NCBI GenBank assembly: GCA_009103225.1
Contig: RHPI01000260.1
Span: 692,203-756,202 of the forward strand
Origin: Chlorokybus atmophyticus
Lineage: Eukaryota > Plantae > Mesostigma and Chlorokybus algae
DNA length: 64,000 bases
Direction of reading: 5' to 3'
In this document: piece after piece, positions 12,911-29,161 of the stretch
Numbering within the stretch: position 1 is the stretch's first letter
Layout of the letters: each line of letters opens with the position of its first letter
Position numbers and translations under genes: made by a program
Notes under the pieces: model-generated
What the model saw: the letters and a program-made list of their open reading frames with translations, nothing else
What the model was told of the DNA's origin: nothing
Databases searched by the model: none

Positions 12911-15900
12911 TATTTATGTATGTATGCATTTGTTGGGCAAGCATAATCACAATAAATCAATAATAAAAAGCAGGGGGCGCAGATCAGCCACCGTTTTTTG
13001 CTGGCTAAAACTGTTTGAACTATGCAGATCACACGAACACGCATTATAATATTGGCGCCAGCAGGACTGGCACAGGAAGCGAGCGGGTAGTTAAACTCAT
13101 TGAGAAAACAACATAGTAACATAATTGTGTTGAATGAACTTCATACATATGGAGACAAAAGGCAGTTTAAGGTTTGATCTAAAAAACACAGATGCATATG
13201 ATAACGTGGGAAACATTGTGTGAAAATGTAAACTCGAATAGTGGTATCCACGACACATTGTCAGAATGTAATATTGCCGCTTTCCACTCTAATTTGCCGC
13301 CCCGCATGTTTTCTCTTGAAATTATACTATACACAGCTTTAAACAATTCATGCTGTATAAATAATTGTTGATCCACTTAATGCATGTAAAGTTTCATAGT
13401 ATCATGCATAAGGTATGCAAGTCATTGTATGCAATTCCGTATTACATTGCATGACTGATGAAATATAAGTATGCCATTTGACCTGCAGTAGCGCAAAATT
13501 ATAAGCTACGATCTTGATTTGAATGAAATATTGCTTATGCATAGTGTCATATTATTGGCCTGGTAATACCATGTAGTACCATGATGGTATGCCGCACGCA
13601 TTGATATCACGAGGATATGTTACACAGCACACGTGTACTTGCAACGTAAGTGATAGCATACATGCAGTAATACAATTGTGAATTAGAGGTGCTCGCAAAG
13701 CAAGTAGACATTGCACAACACAGTCAAGCATTATTGCTTACAATATATTATGTGTTGCCATCTTACATTATGTTTGTTATAGAATTGTGCATTGCTTATT
13801 ACATAGCAAGCTGCACTCTTCTCATTAGAACCTCCGCATGCACTGTGCAAACTTCAGCGAAACAGCTCTCAGAGCCCGAGTGCAGTCCGTGCGTGGGACA
13901 CTTTATGTGTCTGCTTTGTTTTGTGCTTGCGACACGTGATGTGCCAGGTGGCATGGTCTAAGGGCCTATCTACGCAACGACCTGCGGGTGTAGGCAGCCC
14001 CGAACCCAAAGGCGACCGCCACGTCATAAAGTGCTGGCTACGGCACCGACGGCCCGTTTGCATTAACCAGGATCATCGATGCCCGCACGCGACGTCGCGC
14101 GCGATTACAGTGCGCAACCTTCTTCCTGGCATTTGTTCCACCCGCCCTGCAAACTCTCGCAGGCAATCGCAGCGCGCGTCACCGCCCAGACCAATCCCAA
14201 CCAAGCGCCTTGACCGCACACATCTAACCGAGCCCCGCCAAGAGCCTTTTCCCGCCCCCGCGCATTCAATTTGAGCTAGATTTACGTTAGTCGATTGCAG
14301 AGAGATAGGCTCAATACTAACGTTCTGAGATGGTAGGAGGGTGAGCACGCCACTAGTCTCTGGCGCTAAGAGTCGTGAGCTAACGTTCTCTGCTGCGCAT
14401 GTCTGCAGCGCCGCCTGCGCTGGTGTCATCGTTGCTGTTGGCGGCGGCGACGGCGGCGGTGGTGTTCTTGGCGTAGGTTGAAGATGTACGCAGCATGGGT
14501 TGGGTAGTTGCAGGCCTATTATGGTTTGCTACGCGAAATTGAGCAAACACGCCGGGGTCTAGATGGCATTATAAGGGCAGGGTGCCAGCAAGCGTGGAGC
14601 CGGGCTGCACCGTCGGCCTGGCCTGGCTTGGCCTGAGGGATTTTGTCGGGGCCTGGTGGTCGGGATGCCGTAGTCATGAGCAAGCAGCAGGCGCCCGCGC
14701 ACGATGCAAACCTAATCACCCCCGTCAAGCTGCGCCCTGCCGAACATGGAGACCAACAAGATCATTTCTTGGTGAGTTGAGCTCATCCTTCCTGAGCTGT
14801 TTCGTGTTTAAAGGACCCCAATCTCACACACTCTTCATCTTGTCTCGGTAGCTGTGTCAATGTGTTAGAGCCTACTGGTTCGACTTCTTGCAACTGGAAG
14901 CCACTTGGCCTTACACATGCAAGAAGCAACGGGAGTTGCTTGATGCTTACAGCAATGCATGCTCGTACTGGTGCTGGACATGCCGATCGTTCTGTTGATA
15001 CTCCCTTTCAGCAGTAGTGTTAGCAGCTGTGTTATCGTAGTTGTTACTGCTCTGCTGACCTGGAGCACAGNTATTTATGTATGTATGCATTTGTTGGGCA
15101 AGCATAATCACAATAAATCAATAATAAAAAGCAGGGGGCGCAGATCAGCCACCGTTTTTTGCTGGCTAAAACTGTTTGAACTATGCAGATCACACGAACA
15201 CGCATTATAATATTGGCGCCAGCAGGACTGGCACAGGAAGCGAGCGGGTAGTTAAACTCATTGAGAAAACAACATAGTAACATAATTGTGTTGAATGAAC
15301 TTCATACATATGGAGACAAAAGGCAGTTTAAGGTTTGATCTAAAAAACACAGATGCATATGATAACGTGGGAAACATTGTGTGAAAATGTAAACTCGAAT
15401 AGTGGTATCCACGACACATTGTCAGAATGTAATATTGCCGCTTTCCACTCTAATTTGCCGCCCCGCATGTTTTCTCTTGAAATTATACTATACACAGCTT
15501 TAAACAATTCATGCTGTATAAATAATTGTTGATCCACTTAATGCATGTAAAGTTTCATAGTATCATGCATAAGGTATGCAAGTCATTGTATGCAATTCCG
15601 TATTACATTGCATGACTGATGAAATATAAGTATGCCATTTGACCTGCAGTAGCGCAAAATTATAAGCTACGATCTTGATTTGAATGAAATATTGCTTATG
15701 CATAGTGTCATATTATTGGCCTGGTAATACCATGTAGTACCATGATGGTATGCCGCACGCATTGATATCACGAGGATATGTTACACAGCACACGTGTACT
15801 TGCAACGTAAGTGATAGCATACATGCAGTAATACAATTGTGAATTAGAGGTGCTCGCAAAGCAAGTAGACATTGCACAACACAGTCAAGCATTATTGCTT

Positions 15901-17231
15901 ACAATATATTATGTGTTGCCATCTTACATTATGTTTGTTATAGAATTGTGCATTGCTTATTACATAGCAAGCTGCACTCTTCTCATTAGAACCTCCGCAT
16001 GCACTGTGCAAACTTCAGCGAAACAGCTCTCAGAGCCCGAGTGCAGTCCGTGCGTGGGACACTTTATGTGTCTGCTTTGTTTTGTGCTTGCGACACGTGA
16101 TGTGCCAGGTGGCATGGTCTAAGGGCCTATCTACGCAACGACCTGCGGGTGTAGGCAGCCCCGAACCCAAAGGCGACCGCCACGTCATAAAGTGCTGGCT
16201 ACGGCACCGACGGCCCGTTTGCATTAACCAGGATCATCGATGCCCGCACGCGACGTCGCGCGCGATTACAGTGCGCAACCTTCTTCCTGGCATTTGTTCC
16301 ACCCGCCCTGCAAACTCTCGCAGGCAATCGCAGCGCGCGTCACCGCCCAGACCAATCCCAACCAAGCGCCTTGACCGCACACATCTAACCGAGCCCCGCC
16401 AAGAGCCTTTTCCCGCCCCCGCGCATTCAATTTGAGCTAGATTTACGTTAGTCGATTGCAGAGAGATAGGCTCAATACTAACGTTCTGAGATGGTAGGAG
16501 GGTGAGCACGCCACTAGTCTCTGGCGCTAAGAGTCGTGAGCTAACGTTCTCTGCTGCGCATGTCTGCAGCGCCGCCTGCGCTGGTGTCATCGTTGCTGTT
16601 GGCGGCGGCGACGGCGGCGGTGGTGTTCTTGGCGTAGGTTGAAGATGTACGCAGCATGGGTTGGGTAGTTGCAGGCCTATTATGGTTTGCTACGCGAAAT
16701 TGAGCAAACACGCCGGGGTCTAGATGGCATTATAAGGGCAGGGTGCCAGCAAGCGTGGAGCCGGGCTGCACCGTCGGCCTGGCCTGGCTTGGCCTGAGGG
16801 ATTTTGTCGGGGCCTGGTGGTCGGGATGCCGTAGTCATGAGCAAGCAGCAGGCGCCCGCGCACGATGCAAACCTAATCACCCCCGTCAAGCTGCGCCCTG
16901 CCGAACATGGAGACCAACAAGATCATTTCTTGGTGAGTTGAGCTCATCCTTCCTGAGCTGTTTCGTGTTTAAAGGACCCCAATCTCACACACTCTTCATC
17001 TTGTCTCGGTAGCTGTGTCAATGTGTTAGAGCCTACTGGTTCGACTTCTTGCAACTGGAAGCCACTTGGCCTTACACATGCAAGAAGCAACGGGAGTTGC
17101 TTGATGCTTACAGCAATGCATGCTCGTACTGGTGCTGGACATGCCGATCGTTCTGTTGATACTCCCTTTCAGCAGTAGTGTTAGCAGCTGTGTTATCGTA
17201 GTTGTTACTGCTCTGCTGACCTGGAGCACAG
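12911..17231. repeat. Apparently identical 2,160-bp direct tandem duplication (12911-15070 and 15072-17231) separated by a single N
   Basis: All ORFs recur at an offset of 2161 with identical translations, and the junction is exactly the N at 15071. Confidence 0.95.
16409..16416 (+). promoter_or_regulatory. Possible E2F site upstream of the TCX/LIN54-like gene (duplicate copy at 14248-14255)
   Basis: TTTCCCGC matches the E2F consensus TTTSSCGS and lies in a GC-rich promoter-like stretch; single short motif. Confidence 0.25.
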
Positions 17232-18764
17232 GCTGCAGTACACAGCTGTGCTTATGCCCTTGTCCTGTAAGCCAGCTGTTATATGGCTACCAAGCCGATC
17301 CATCAGCCACTGGCACACTTTTAAGCACAGCTGCATTGCTGCCTATTAAGTTGTTTGGCTGTAAACATAGCTTGCGAGAGTTCTGTATTGCTACTGAGTG
17401 AGATTTCTTGGCAGTCCCCCTTTTCGCAGTACTGCAACTTCTCCTTATCACCCATCAAAGCCAGCAAGACGCTGCATGTACAGACTTACAACGACCTCAA
17501 TCCCAAGTACACTCCACCAGCACCCATGTTCGTGTCTCCAGAACCAGTCAAGCGGTATGTATAATCGCTACAGATGTGTCACATGTTTAGCCCAATATCC
17601 TGTGCGATGGTGCGTAGCATGTTGTCACTGGGTTGCAGTATGGCAATTGGACGTGTTACGAAGTGGCGTACACGCAATTGTTGGGGCAAAATTGTACCAC
17701 ATCCAGTGTGCTGTTGCTGAGTGTATGTGTGTGTTGCTTCAGTGACAAAATTCACCACCATCGCTTGGTGTCCAAGAAGCTTGCGCTTGGGGATGACAAA
17801 GATGCAAAAGGCAAAACTGTAGCCGAATGCAGCCTCACAAACTGCCCAGCAAACCACAATACGGCATCTTCCTCCAACCAAAGCTTAATGGCGACACCCG
17901 CAACGGGTGTTGCTCAGAAGTCGGCAGCGGAATCTTGTGGCAAGGCAGCCGTGCACTCTGCCGGTTTGCCGCCAAAGCCTACTCCCAAACGAGGCCAGGG
18001 AGGTGTCCGCAAGCCTGATGCCGGTGTTTCAACCAGTAGTGCAGCAGGAGACAAGGATGACAACGCAAAGCCCTCGCAGGACTTTGAAGTTACACCAGCC
18101 AACCAGCCTGCCAGCAATGTCAGTACCCTTAAGTAAAAGGCTTATGCATGGGTAGCAGCACTGACTCAGTCTGCAACCCTACCTGCACTGGTCCAACATC
18201 CAGCACAATAATGATGCCGCATGCTGTTACCAAACAAGCGAATGCAGGCGACCAAGGAAAGCCCCTGCACTCGTGACAAGCGGCGAAGGCTTGTCTTCAG
18301 TCCGTCAGGGCAGGACGGGGTTGAAGACGTGCTTTCTCCAACAGCCTCAGGATCACAAGGACGCACGCGTATGCTGCGCTTTGAGGTCCGTGCGATACTC
18401 CTGCTATAACACAGAATGTCAGCACACTTATCTGGCCGGATGTCTCAGGTCCGCGGCCCAGCTGCCCCAACAAGCGCAGAGAAGAAGGTGTCACCAGAAA
18501 GCCTCCAACATACTTTGCAAGTCTTTAACGGAGGTGCTCAATCCAGTGCACAACATGTTCCGGCCAAAGTTGCACAGAACGGGCCTGCGATCACTACACC
18601 TTCTGCAACGCCGAACATCAGCAGTGTTCCGCCTTCCATGAAGATTACCACTCCATCTATGGAGCACGAGTACCGGCGTTGCTCGCTGTTGTCAACACTC
18701 ACTTCTTCAGGTAGCTTAACACAACTTGCACAATGTCATCCATTTTGCGTGTTTATGTATACAC

Positions 18765-18846
<82 letters not shown>

Positions 18847-20553
18847 GTATATACATGGTATAACATGAGCCTGGAGAAACTTATGTCATCAGCTGCCGTG
18901 TAGCAGATGGTGAGAGACCAAGCACCAGTGGACGTCCAGCTGCGCCTGTTGTCTTGGGCGTGCGCTCTTCACCAAGGAGGCTGTCAGCTAACGCGCAGCT
19001 CAAAGATGTGCCTTGCGCTGCTGCCAAGCTGCAACAACCCCAGGACTTTACATTTGATGTGCCGCAACCTGCGCAGTTGAAGGTAAAAACTTCCTGACAT
19101 ACAAATGCCATTGCACAGGCACTCTTACTGTGCTCTCTTGTATGCTTAGTGTCCCCTCCTTCACTGCTTCGATATGCACGGCAGGTGCATGATGGAGAAG
19201 GAGCTTCCAAGATAGGCCTTCAGACATTTGGTGTTGAGAGACAGCTGTCCACTGGATCAGCCCGCAAGTCGAGCAACTCAAAGTACAAAATGCCTTCGCA
19301 GGTGTGTGGTGCTGGTACATGCTGGTTCACTCAATGTGGCTTGCGTATTTCAGAAGATCAAGTGGAGGTCGAAGAAAAGATGGAGGCTGCCGTTCATGCA
19401 ATTGCAAACGCTCCAAGTGCTTAAAGCTGTACTGCGAATGCTTTGCAGCTGGTGTGTACTGTGAAGCATGTGCCTGTGAGGATTGCTTCAACACCAGAGA
19501 CCATGAAGATGAAGTCCAACAAGCACGCGCACACGTGCTTGCGCGTGACCCATTTGCGTTTGCGGCCAGGGTTGGTCGTGATATAGAGCAGCAGTCTCCA
19601 CAGGTAAGCAACATGGCACCCATAATCTTCAGCACAACAAGCCCAATCTGCTGCTATTGTCTTCCCAGAGTACTTGTTTCCCACATCTGCGCTGCACAAC
19701 ATGCAGGATGCGCAACAGAAGGCCCAAACCCCCTTGACAGCGCATGCCGGGAAGAAGTACTGCTCGTGCAAAAGGTCTCAATGCAGGAAGAAGTATTGTA
19801 TCTGTTTTGAGGTATGTATGCCAGCCAGTGCTATTGTTGTCGTTGCTATTGTCTGCTATGCTGCTAAGCTACCGAGATGCACTGACAGGCTGGAGTGCAA
19901 TGCACTGATGCTTGCAAGTGCGAGGGCTGCGCCAATCGGGATTGTGGTGACTGTGCAACAACAGGTACATGTCGAGGCAGTAGAGGTGGTTACCATGTGC
20001 ATGCCGGTGCGAGGGCTATGTTGACTGCTGTTCTGAGCCCGCTTAACACAAGTCGTTGATACTCGCAGAGCGCATTGCAACACCCAAGTCCAAGAAAAAG
20101 GGGCTTCCAACTGCGACGTCAATCAGCATGCCATCACCAGGCACCCCTGCGTTCAGGTGCTTGTTGATCACCAGCACATGGTTGGTGAGCCACATCCTGG
20201 TGGTTGCACATCGACTATTGATGTGGAATATTCCTTTTATGACCAGTCATGTTCCCTGTCCCGTCAATGTGGTGTCAAGTGCCTAATTGTGTATGAGCAG
20301 CGTGCCAACGGGACGTACACGGATTAGTCAGCACAATCCGCAGCGCCCCAGCGCAATCACCACAGGCATAGCAGTGCCCAACAGCAATGCTGCACCGGAT
20401 ACACCTGGCAAGAACTTGGATGAGCTGCTGGCATGGGCAAATTCAGCAACATTCAGTGTACCCTGCTTCTCACCACTCAAAGGCGAAACCGTCTCCCTGC
20501 AGTCTCCTTGTAAATTGGAACGCATGTGGAACGATGCGGTCGGTTCTCCTTAG
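17116..20553 (+). CDS. Tesmin/TSO1-like CXC-domain protein (LIN54/TCX family, DREAM complex); start uncertain (alternative ATG at 16907)
   Basis: N-terminal QSPFSQYCNFSLSPIK...MFVSP resembles the plant TSO1/TCX SP..Y...LSPIK motif. CXC1 CNCKRSKCLKLYCECFAAGVYCEACACEDCFN (~19385-19495), linker ARDPFAF, CXC2 CSCKRSQCRKKYCICFE|AGVQCTDACKCEGCAN split by an intron. Confidence 0.85.
18765..18853. repeat. Compound (TA)n/(TG)n microsatellite in a TCX intron
   Basis: Run of TA repeats interrupted by about 11 TG repeats; a similar TA/TTTA-rich run lies at ~12862-12921. Confidence 0.9.
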
Positions 20554-21771
20554 CTCACTGTATATGTAGACCATTTATTGCCCGGTGGCCATGGCCCGAC
20601 AGCAACTGTGGCTATGTGCGTATGCCGCCGCACACTGTATGATTAAGCTAGGGTGATTTGTGTTAGTGAATGCAGAGTAGAAGGCCAGTAACAGCGCAGC
20701 AACTCGTGCTGGAAACTGCTAGTGTAGTTCATGTGGCATGTAAGGTCCTTGTGGAACACCTGCTTTATTGTGGTAATTGTTGTTTGGTTGAAGTGAGTTG
20801 TTTAAAGAAAATGCTTAATGCTTGTTTTGGTATATATTGACCGACCAAACCAACTTGTCGCGATTATGAAAGGGATTCGTGTTGGGCCAACCTGCACTTT
20901 GTACACAACACTGCACACGCTTGATTATTCAGTAAACATGGACCATTTCTTATTGGTAGTTAGCCCCTGATATGTTTGCATCTTACAGCTTTCCGTAAGA
21001 CTCATTCCAAGCAATCAAGAGCAGCAGCTGTAAGGGTAGCGTGTGATACACAGGGAGGGAGAGCATAACATGGGCAAGCCAAAGGGGTATGTGAGTACTG
21101 GTATTCACACACAAGTATGTCCGCAAACAGCACAAGCAATATGACAGGAGGTGCCACCTGGGGGAGGTGACAGCCCGAATGGGGCAGCGTTGTTGTGCGA
21201 TTGAGGCAGAAGGCAGCATATAGACTTTACAAACTACCACTGTTGAGCCGTCCGTGGAGTGGCCCAAACACTACTAATAGGTGTGGTGACAGTGCAGTAA
21301 AAGAAGCAGCTGTTGGTAGACCAGATGTACATTGGTTGGTCATGTTGGTATGATAGAATGCAGAAATCGCATAGCAGTGTAGGCACTAATTAGAAAACAC
21401 CCGCCCTCCACGATGCAATGGCCTTGACTGTCCAACTGATCTTAGCGTGATTGCTGCCTTCTGCCCCACACCCCCAACCCCGCTCTAACACCTGGGCACC
21501 TCTTGCTTTTGTACTACTTGCTTGTGTGGTTGGTACTGATAATAGAGGTTGTACATGTGTTCTTGGTTAGCCTATGGTTTACCCTGCTATTGTTTGTCTA
21601 CTGATCAGGTATGCTTATGCAAATCATAGAAATCCAGCAGCAACCAACGTACGCACACCTGCACCATCAGGCAATTATGCACACCACATTATGCCCACCT
21701 CTCGAAGCAGCAGCTGTGAAGGTATACCGTCGAATCAGCTTTGCATGCATGTGTAACTTCCAATCCATAGC

Positions 21772-24005
21772 CTATCCAGTGGCGTAAGTGCTGTATGAGC
21801 CATAACCGGGCTGATACTGCGTTTGCTGTGGATTGCCATAACCCTGTTGCTGCGACTGCATTCCCATTTGTGGCTGGCCGTAATAGTTGGTTGGTGCTGG
21901 TGCAGCAGCCGTTGCCGCATTGGCGTTGAGCATGAATGCCTGTTTCACAAACTCCATGTCACACACTTCAGATGAAATGGCCCCAGCAAGAACAAATCGT
22001 ACCTGCACCAAAGCTTGTGCTGCCTGCACTTGTGCTGAGGTGCCAGTGATCTCAACAACAGACTCTGAAATCCCATCAGCAGATTCATAGGCTGTCACCT
22101 GCAAACCACACGCGCATGCAGTCAGCCTCACTCCAATATCATGTGCAAAGATCCAATGAGTTGTGTTTGCAATTAATCAGCCGCAAACTCTGCAGGAAGC
22201 AAACTTCACAAATGCACCTGTGCTCCACTGATTTGGCGTATCTGATTAATACTGGAGCTGTTGGCACCCACCACCGCAGCTAGGTATGGCGCAGGAACTC
22301 TCATCTGCAGCGTGCTTGTGGCTACAACAGGCGCAGGAGCTTGTACACTCTGCAACAAGCGACACGTGTTCTATACATTGACTGAAGCCACCAACCCCAC
22401 GCAACACTCCAGTGTAAACAACCGGCAGAGTTGCAAAACGCACTAGTTCTTCTTACACCGACGCGACCGTGCAAACACGCTATGCTGAGCCCAAAGTCTC
22501 ACTTGGACTCACTCACTTGGAACTGAGAAAACTTGCTACTTGGAGGGGCGTATGAAGGCTGCTGCGCAGGCATATATGCAGCCTGCTGATAGCTGGCCGG
22601 CTGGTACCCCTGTGAATAACTGGGCCCAGGGCTTGCCGCATAACTGCTCCCATAAGAGGGCTGCAACTTCTGCACGCAACGCATTATTGAAAAGCTGCCC
22701 AGGCATGCCACCTGACCAGCGCATTACCACTACTACTTACGGCAGCCTCATACAGCGGAAGCACACTGCGATCAACAAGAAACTTGCGCACTTGTGCAGA
22801 AACTGCCTTGACGGCGGCCTGCAGACAGGGAAGGACATGGGTAATACTGATATGCTGCACGCATCACGCTTTGAGTAAGCGGCTTCGCACTACCTGCAGC
22901 TGCACAGGGTTGCCGTGCATCTCTAGCACCCTGTCGTCTGCAACTGCACCTCGCGGGTTCTCTTGCTCTGTCAAAACTCGCATTGTCACACCCGTCTCCT
23001 CCTGGATGGCCTTCACCGTCGCACCGCCCTTGCCTATCAAACTGCCTGCCTACAGAGGTCATCATTAACACAAGTAACCTGCAATGCTAACCTAAGACCC
23101 AGTGCATGAGTGACAGCTGTCAGCTCACTTGCGACGTAGGTACAAGCATGCGAGTCGTCAGTTTTGAATCTGGTGCTGTGTTTTCGTCCATTGTTTGTCC
23201 ATCTAAAACGCATTGATGTGCACGAAGCAGCGCTTGCTGAGCAGGCGCCAAGTCTACGCTTGCGTCATCCCTACCAGATACCAGAACCTGCATAATCATC
23301 CATGTCAACACTCCAGCACAGATCAAGCAGTGCTGCAACTGCCAGCATCATGCAAAACTAGCGCCTTACTTGCTTCATGTGCATGAACGCCACACGCACT
23401 CACTTACCACACGCTCTGGGTCATCAATGGAGACTGGATCAAGAATCTTCACCCTCGCCCCAGTATCTGAGCATATCGCCTTAATGTTGGTTCCTCCCTT
23501 TCCAATTATGGCACCCACTCGCTTTGTTGAAATCAGAAGTCTGTACACGTTCTCGCCTACATACTAACCACATGCATGCCATGCGTCAATCAACAACTTC
23601 TCATCTTCTCATCTTGCAACATGAACAGCTGTCTGTTGTAATACCGTTCCATTGAAACTTCCTTGTACAAAACACAGCTGCATTGTGCATGCGAACGACT
23701 ATCCGCACTACGCATTGCAAAGTCCTCAAGATTCTCGAGTCAAGAGCCTCAATCTCAGAGTACTTGCTAGATTAATATATGCATACACGAGCGCCTCATC
23801 ATCATCAAAAACCAGTATGGCAGCAACACAAACGCCGAGTCTGTGTGCCAGTCACCTGACTGGACTCGTCCGACCGGCGCTTGCCAGCCATATCCTGGCT
23901 ATAGTCGTCGCGAGGATCATCATGCTCTGCTCCTCCTATATTGTGGTCATCGTCATGATGCTGGCCATCATCCTCCCGATGCTCGTCACCATCATACGAA
24001 GCCAT
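21772..24005 (-). CDS. Three-KH-domain RNA-binding protein, FLK/PEPPER-like
   Basis: KH1 YRLLISTKRVGAIIGKGGTNIKAI, KH2 AGSLIGKGGATVKAIQEETG, the FLK/PEP-type segment QVRKFLVDRSVLPL, KH3 MRVPAPYLAAVVGANSSSINQIRQISGAQ...VVEITGTSAQVQAAQALVQ, and a Q/Y/G-rich tail. Confidence 0.85.
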
Positions 24006-24248
24006 GGGCACGCCTACCGCCGCCGCCGCCCGCCAGCTGGTCCACGTCAGCAACAACTGCCCCAGCTCTAATTGAGGTACCAGTCGTATTCGGAGCACGA
24101 TGCCTCAAGTTCGCTGAGACACGTAACATGAAGCCAATTGATTCGGAACACGATGACAAGCGTAATGAAGAGGTAAACAAGCACGTAGGAGCCGTTGGAT
24201 GAAGGGCTTCTGCATATAGCCGCCGTTTCAGCCGTCGGATGCGCTGTC

Positions 24249-24256
24249 TAGGGTTT
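24249..24256 (-). promoter_or_regulatory. Telo-box in the 388-bp divergent promoter between the FLK-like gene and RPS3
   Basis: TAGGGTTT about 140 bp upstream of the RPS3 ATG; telo-boxes are established elements of plant ribosomal-protein promoters. Confidence 0.5.
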
Positions 24257-24393
24257 CGGCCGCCCGCTGGGAGGGTCCTTTTCGTGCTTGCGGCTGCCGG
24301 CGTCGACGCCGCCAACGCCGCCGACGCCGTCGCCTCTGAGGCAGACGTGCCGTGAGACAAGGGGCCGGGGTCCGTCTGTGAGCGGCCGTCAAC

Positions 24394-26184
<1,791 letters not shown>

Positions 26185-26962
26185 ATGTCATTGTAAAGTT
26201 TGTTTCTGGTACTGGCTGGCTGGCAACACGCTATGTATGGGATATTCTGGTCCACATTTCACACTGGCTGGGATGTATCGCTCATGTTCTCAGCCACAGT
26301 CAGGATGTGCTGAGGATGTTTCGACTCAGTTATGACCAGCTGCTTATCTGCTTGCCAAGCATTGCCGGACATCACCATTCTGCATGACGCCAGGCATGCG
26401 CATTCGCTTTCACATCATTGCCGTTGGAAGTGATATGTTGTGGTCGTTGCCTTTCAACTTCGAAAGCAAGCTGGCTCTTCGCATATATACAAAGTGTGTT
26501 GGTTCACGTGTTCCTCACTGGATTGTTAGAAAATCCATCACTGATCAAAATTGGCATACTCAGCCGCATTGCAGGACAGTAGATTGATGCGCAATACCAG
26601 AGTTGGATTTGACAAGGGGCTTTTGCAAGCATCTGCAAAGCCTACCACACAAACATGTGTGACATTAGGGCAGCCAATGCTCACTACCGCAACTGGCATT
26701 ACCAACAGTCACGTTTGTCGTGCATGCCACATTCCCTCAGCATACTTTACATCCAGGTACATCCAGGTCTATTAATTGCTTCCAAAACATTCACAGTCAC
26801 TTGCTATTCACTTGCAGTGTGTAGGTAAGGAGCCTTGAGTAAGCGGCCATCACAGCGTGTTGTAACTAGTAGTAGTAGCGTGCCCTATCATAGACATTTG
26901 CAGTCTGTTCGTGATAGATGGGCCAGTATTAACAGTATCTACACAACCATAGACCAACAGCA

Positions 26963-29161
26963 TTACTCTTTTGGCGCACTGTGAGCAGCTTGCCCACTAT
27001 GGCGCGCAGCTGACGACTGTGCTGTTATAAGCGCCAACACTTCTTCATACTGTGCGGTATCTGCAAAAGCCAAATGTGTGTTGCACAACAAACGAATACA
27101 TGCCAAAGGCGCCATGCAACTATGGCCCAAACACAACGTACCAAGCGGGTCCGTGTGTGTCAATGCTGCCTCCACGCGCTTGGGATTGCGCAACTCTTCC
27201 GCCTTGTACTTGGCCTTGCACTGCCGCCGAGTCCTCCCAGGCAGCATTCTCTGGATGAGGGTGAAGTCCGTCCCAAAATGTGTCATTGCCTGCCATGTGC
27301 TCAGCATTGGCACTCGCACACACGTGCTCTTGCTGTAATAAGCATTACGTGTGCAGTGTCATGCCCGCATCTGTATAATATTGCACCTGGTAGAAAATCT
27401 CAGTATCTTCAGCACTCCATCTCTCTGGAATAGTACGATTTGAGTAGGTTGCGCTGTTGAGAAGGGGCGCTCCCTCCTCAACACGCTGCCACATGTGCAA
27501 TTGGTGTTAGCTCACATGCATAGCTGCAAAGACTTGCAACAGCTGTCACACATGCAAGGGCTATGTGTGCAGCAAGCAGCCAGTACCCGGAACGCCCCAT
27601 GTACTGGCGCATTCTCCGCACCAGCTGTCATCAACAAGGAGGCCTCATTGACGACAATGCGCCCGTCAATAATCTGCACCTGAGGTGCCCTGTGTATACG
27701 AGAATCAATGTTATTGCTAATTCCCACACGCACATCAGCATAATTGACACAACTGGCTACCAAATCGTACTGTACGCTGGTTGTTGGTGGTGGCGGTGCA
27801 GGAGTCCTTGCAGCTGGCGCAGTGTCTTTGTCTTCTCGAGGCTTCTTAGGGTCCTTCTTCGCAAGCTATGGAAGATGATGTTACACTATAGCATTGATTA
27901 CAACTACCAGAACTGCGCTTCGCCAAATGCATAACTATGCATTCAGTTTAATTGATGACTACCATCAAGCTTTATCAGCTGTTCATTCGACGGGCACTGA
28001 GTCAAGCCCCTTACCTCTCTGTCCAGAGCAGCAGATTTCCGGATAATCTGCCGGAGCGTCATAGTTGCAAGATTTTGCGCAGAAGCTTGATCCTGGGCGT
28101 TGGTTTCCTGCTGCTCACCGCGCCGCCGCACCACACTGCGCCGGATGATACGCGTGTGCTTTGGCGGCGGCTGCTGCTGCTGCTGCTGCTCCTCCCCCCT
28201 AGCTGCCTTACTCGTGCTCGGCCTTTCATCCGCTTCCACAGCCTGAGAGCAGCGCATACAAATGCATCCAGTTGGCGTATGCACTCGGTGTCGTTATTGG
28301 ACAATATTGATTCGCACGCAATGCAACTTGCCTCACCTGGCTGATGTTTGCGGTTGCCTGCGAGGCCAGGCCAGCCTCTGCTGTTGATGCCGGTGGTACA
28401 GCAGTAGTGGATGCACCAGCTTGATGAACTTGTCTCCTGGGCTGAACTGCAGCTTGCTGTCGGCTGATGGTGCTTGCTTCAGCTCTGTGAGGCGCTACGG
28501 CAGGCTCTGCAGTGATACTGGAGGGAGTAGCAGCTGGCTCATGCGATAATGATACCAATGGCGGCTCCACAGCAGCAGGGGTCGAAGTAGGAGTTGGTGT
28601 TGGAGTTTCATTGGCAGGGACGGATGGGCGTGACCTTGCTGCTCCCCCTCTTGGCGGAACCCTCGGTCTGAAGGCTGGTGCTCTTGCCGGAGCTGAATGC
28701 AATGAACAAAACGCACACAACTTCACTGATTGCTACAACAAGAAGCTTCACACAGAGCTTAAACTGTTAACTCTGACTGTAGCACACGCGAAGGAAGTTG
28801 TGATGTGTCTCAGCTATGCACAGCGCCACGTTCAGTGTGTAAACTTCACCGCAATGACTGCTAGTCGGCAGCATTGCATGTCAAGGGACAAACAAGCACA
28901 GATGAATAAATCTTATAAATGAATGCGTTACTTGTGATGTGTCTCAGCTATGCACAGCGCCACGTTCAGTGTGTAAACTTCACCGCAATGACTGCTAGTC
29001 GACAGCATTGCATGTCAAGGGTCAAACAAGCACAGATGAAAGAGTTATATGAATGAATGCGTTACATGGGTGCTCAAGCGCCAACACCAACGCAATGCAC
29101 GCTGCCTTACCTTACCTGGCTTGTCAGCGGCAGCGTCCAGATGCTCCAGAGAAGACAGCAT
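26963..29161 (-). CDS. BDP1: TFIIIB subunit B'' (Bdp1) homolog
   Basis: APQVQIIDGRIVVNEASL linker, LLNSATYSNR, and the SANT-like domain WSAEDTEIFYQAMTHFGTDFTLIQRMLPGRTRRQCKAKYKAEELRNPKRVEAAL; N-terminal FRPRVPPR motif. Confidence 0.9.
28798..29065. repeat. 134-bp two-copy tandem duplication in BDP1 intron 1
   Basis: TTGTGATGTGTCTCAGCTATGCACAGCGCC...GAATGCGTTAC at 28798-28931 and 28932-29065 with a few substitutions, so a real, slightly aged duplication. Confidence 0.9.

Noticed and set aside
12911-17231. 2,160-bp tandem duplication as a biological segmental duplication of the TCX promoter and 5' region
   Set aside because: The copies appear identical and meet exactly at a single N, and the first copy starts at a low-complexity TA run. 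This is the typical signature of unmerged overlapping contig ends. Read depth or long reads would settle it.
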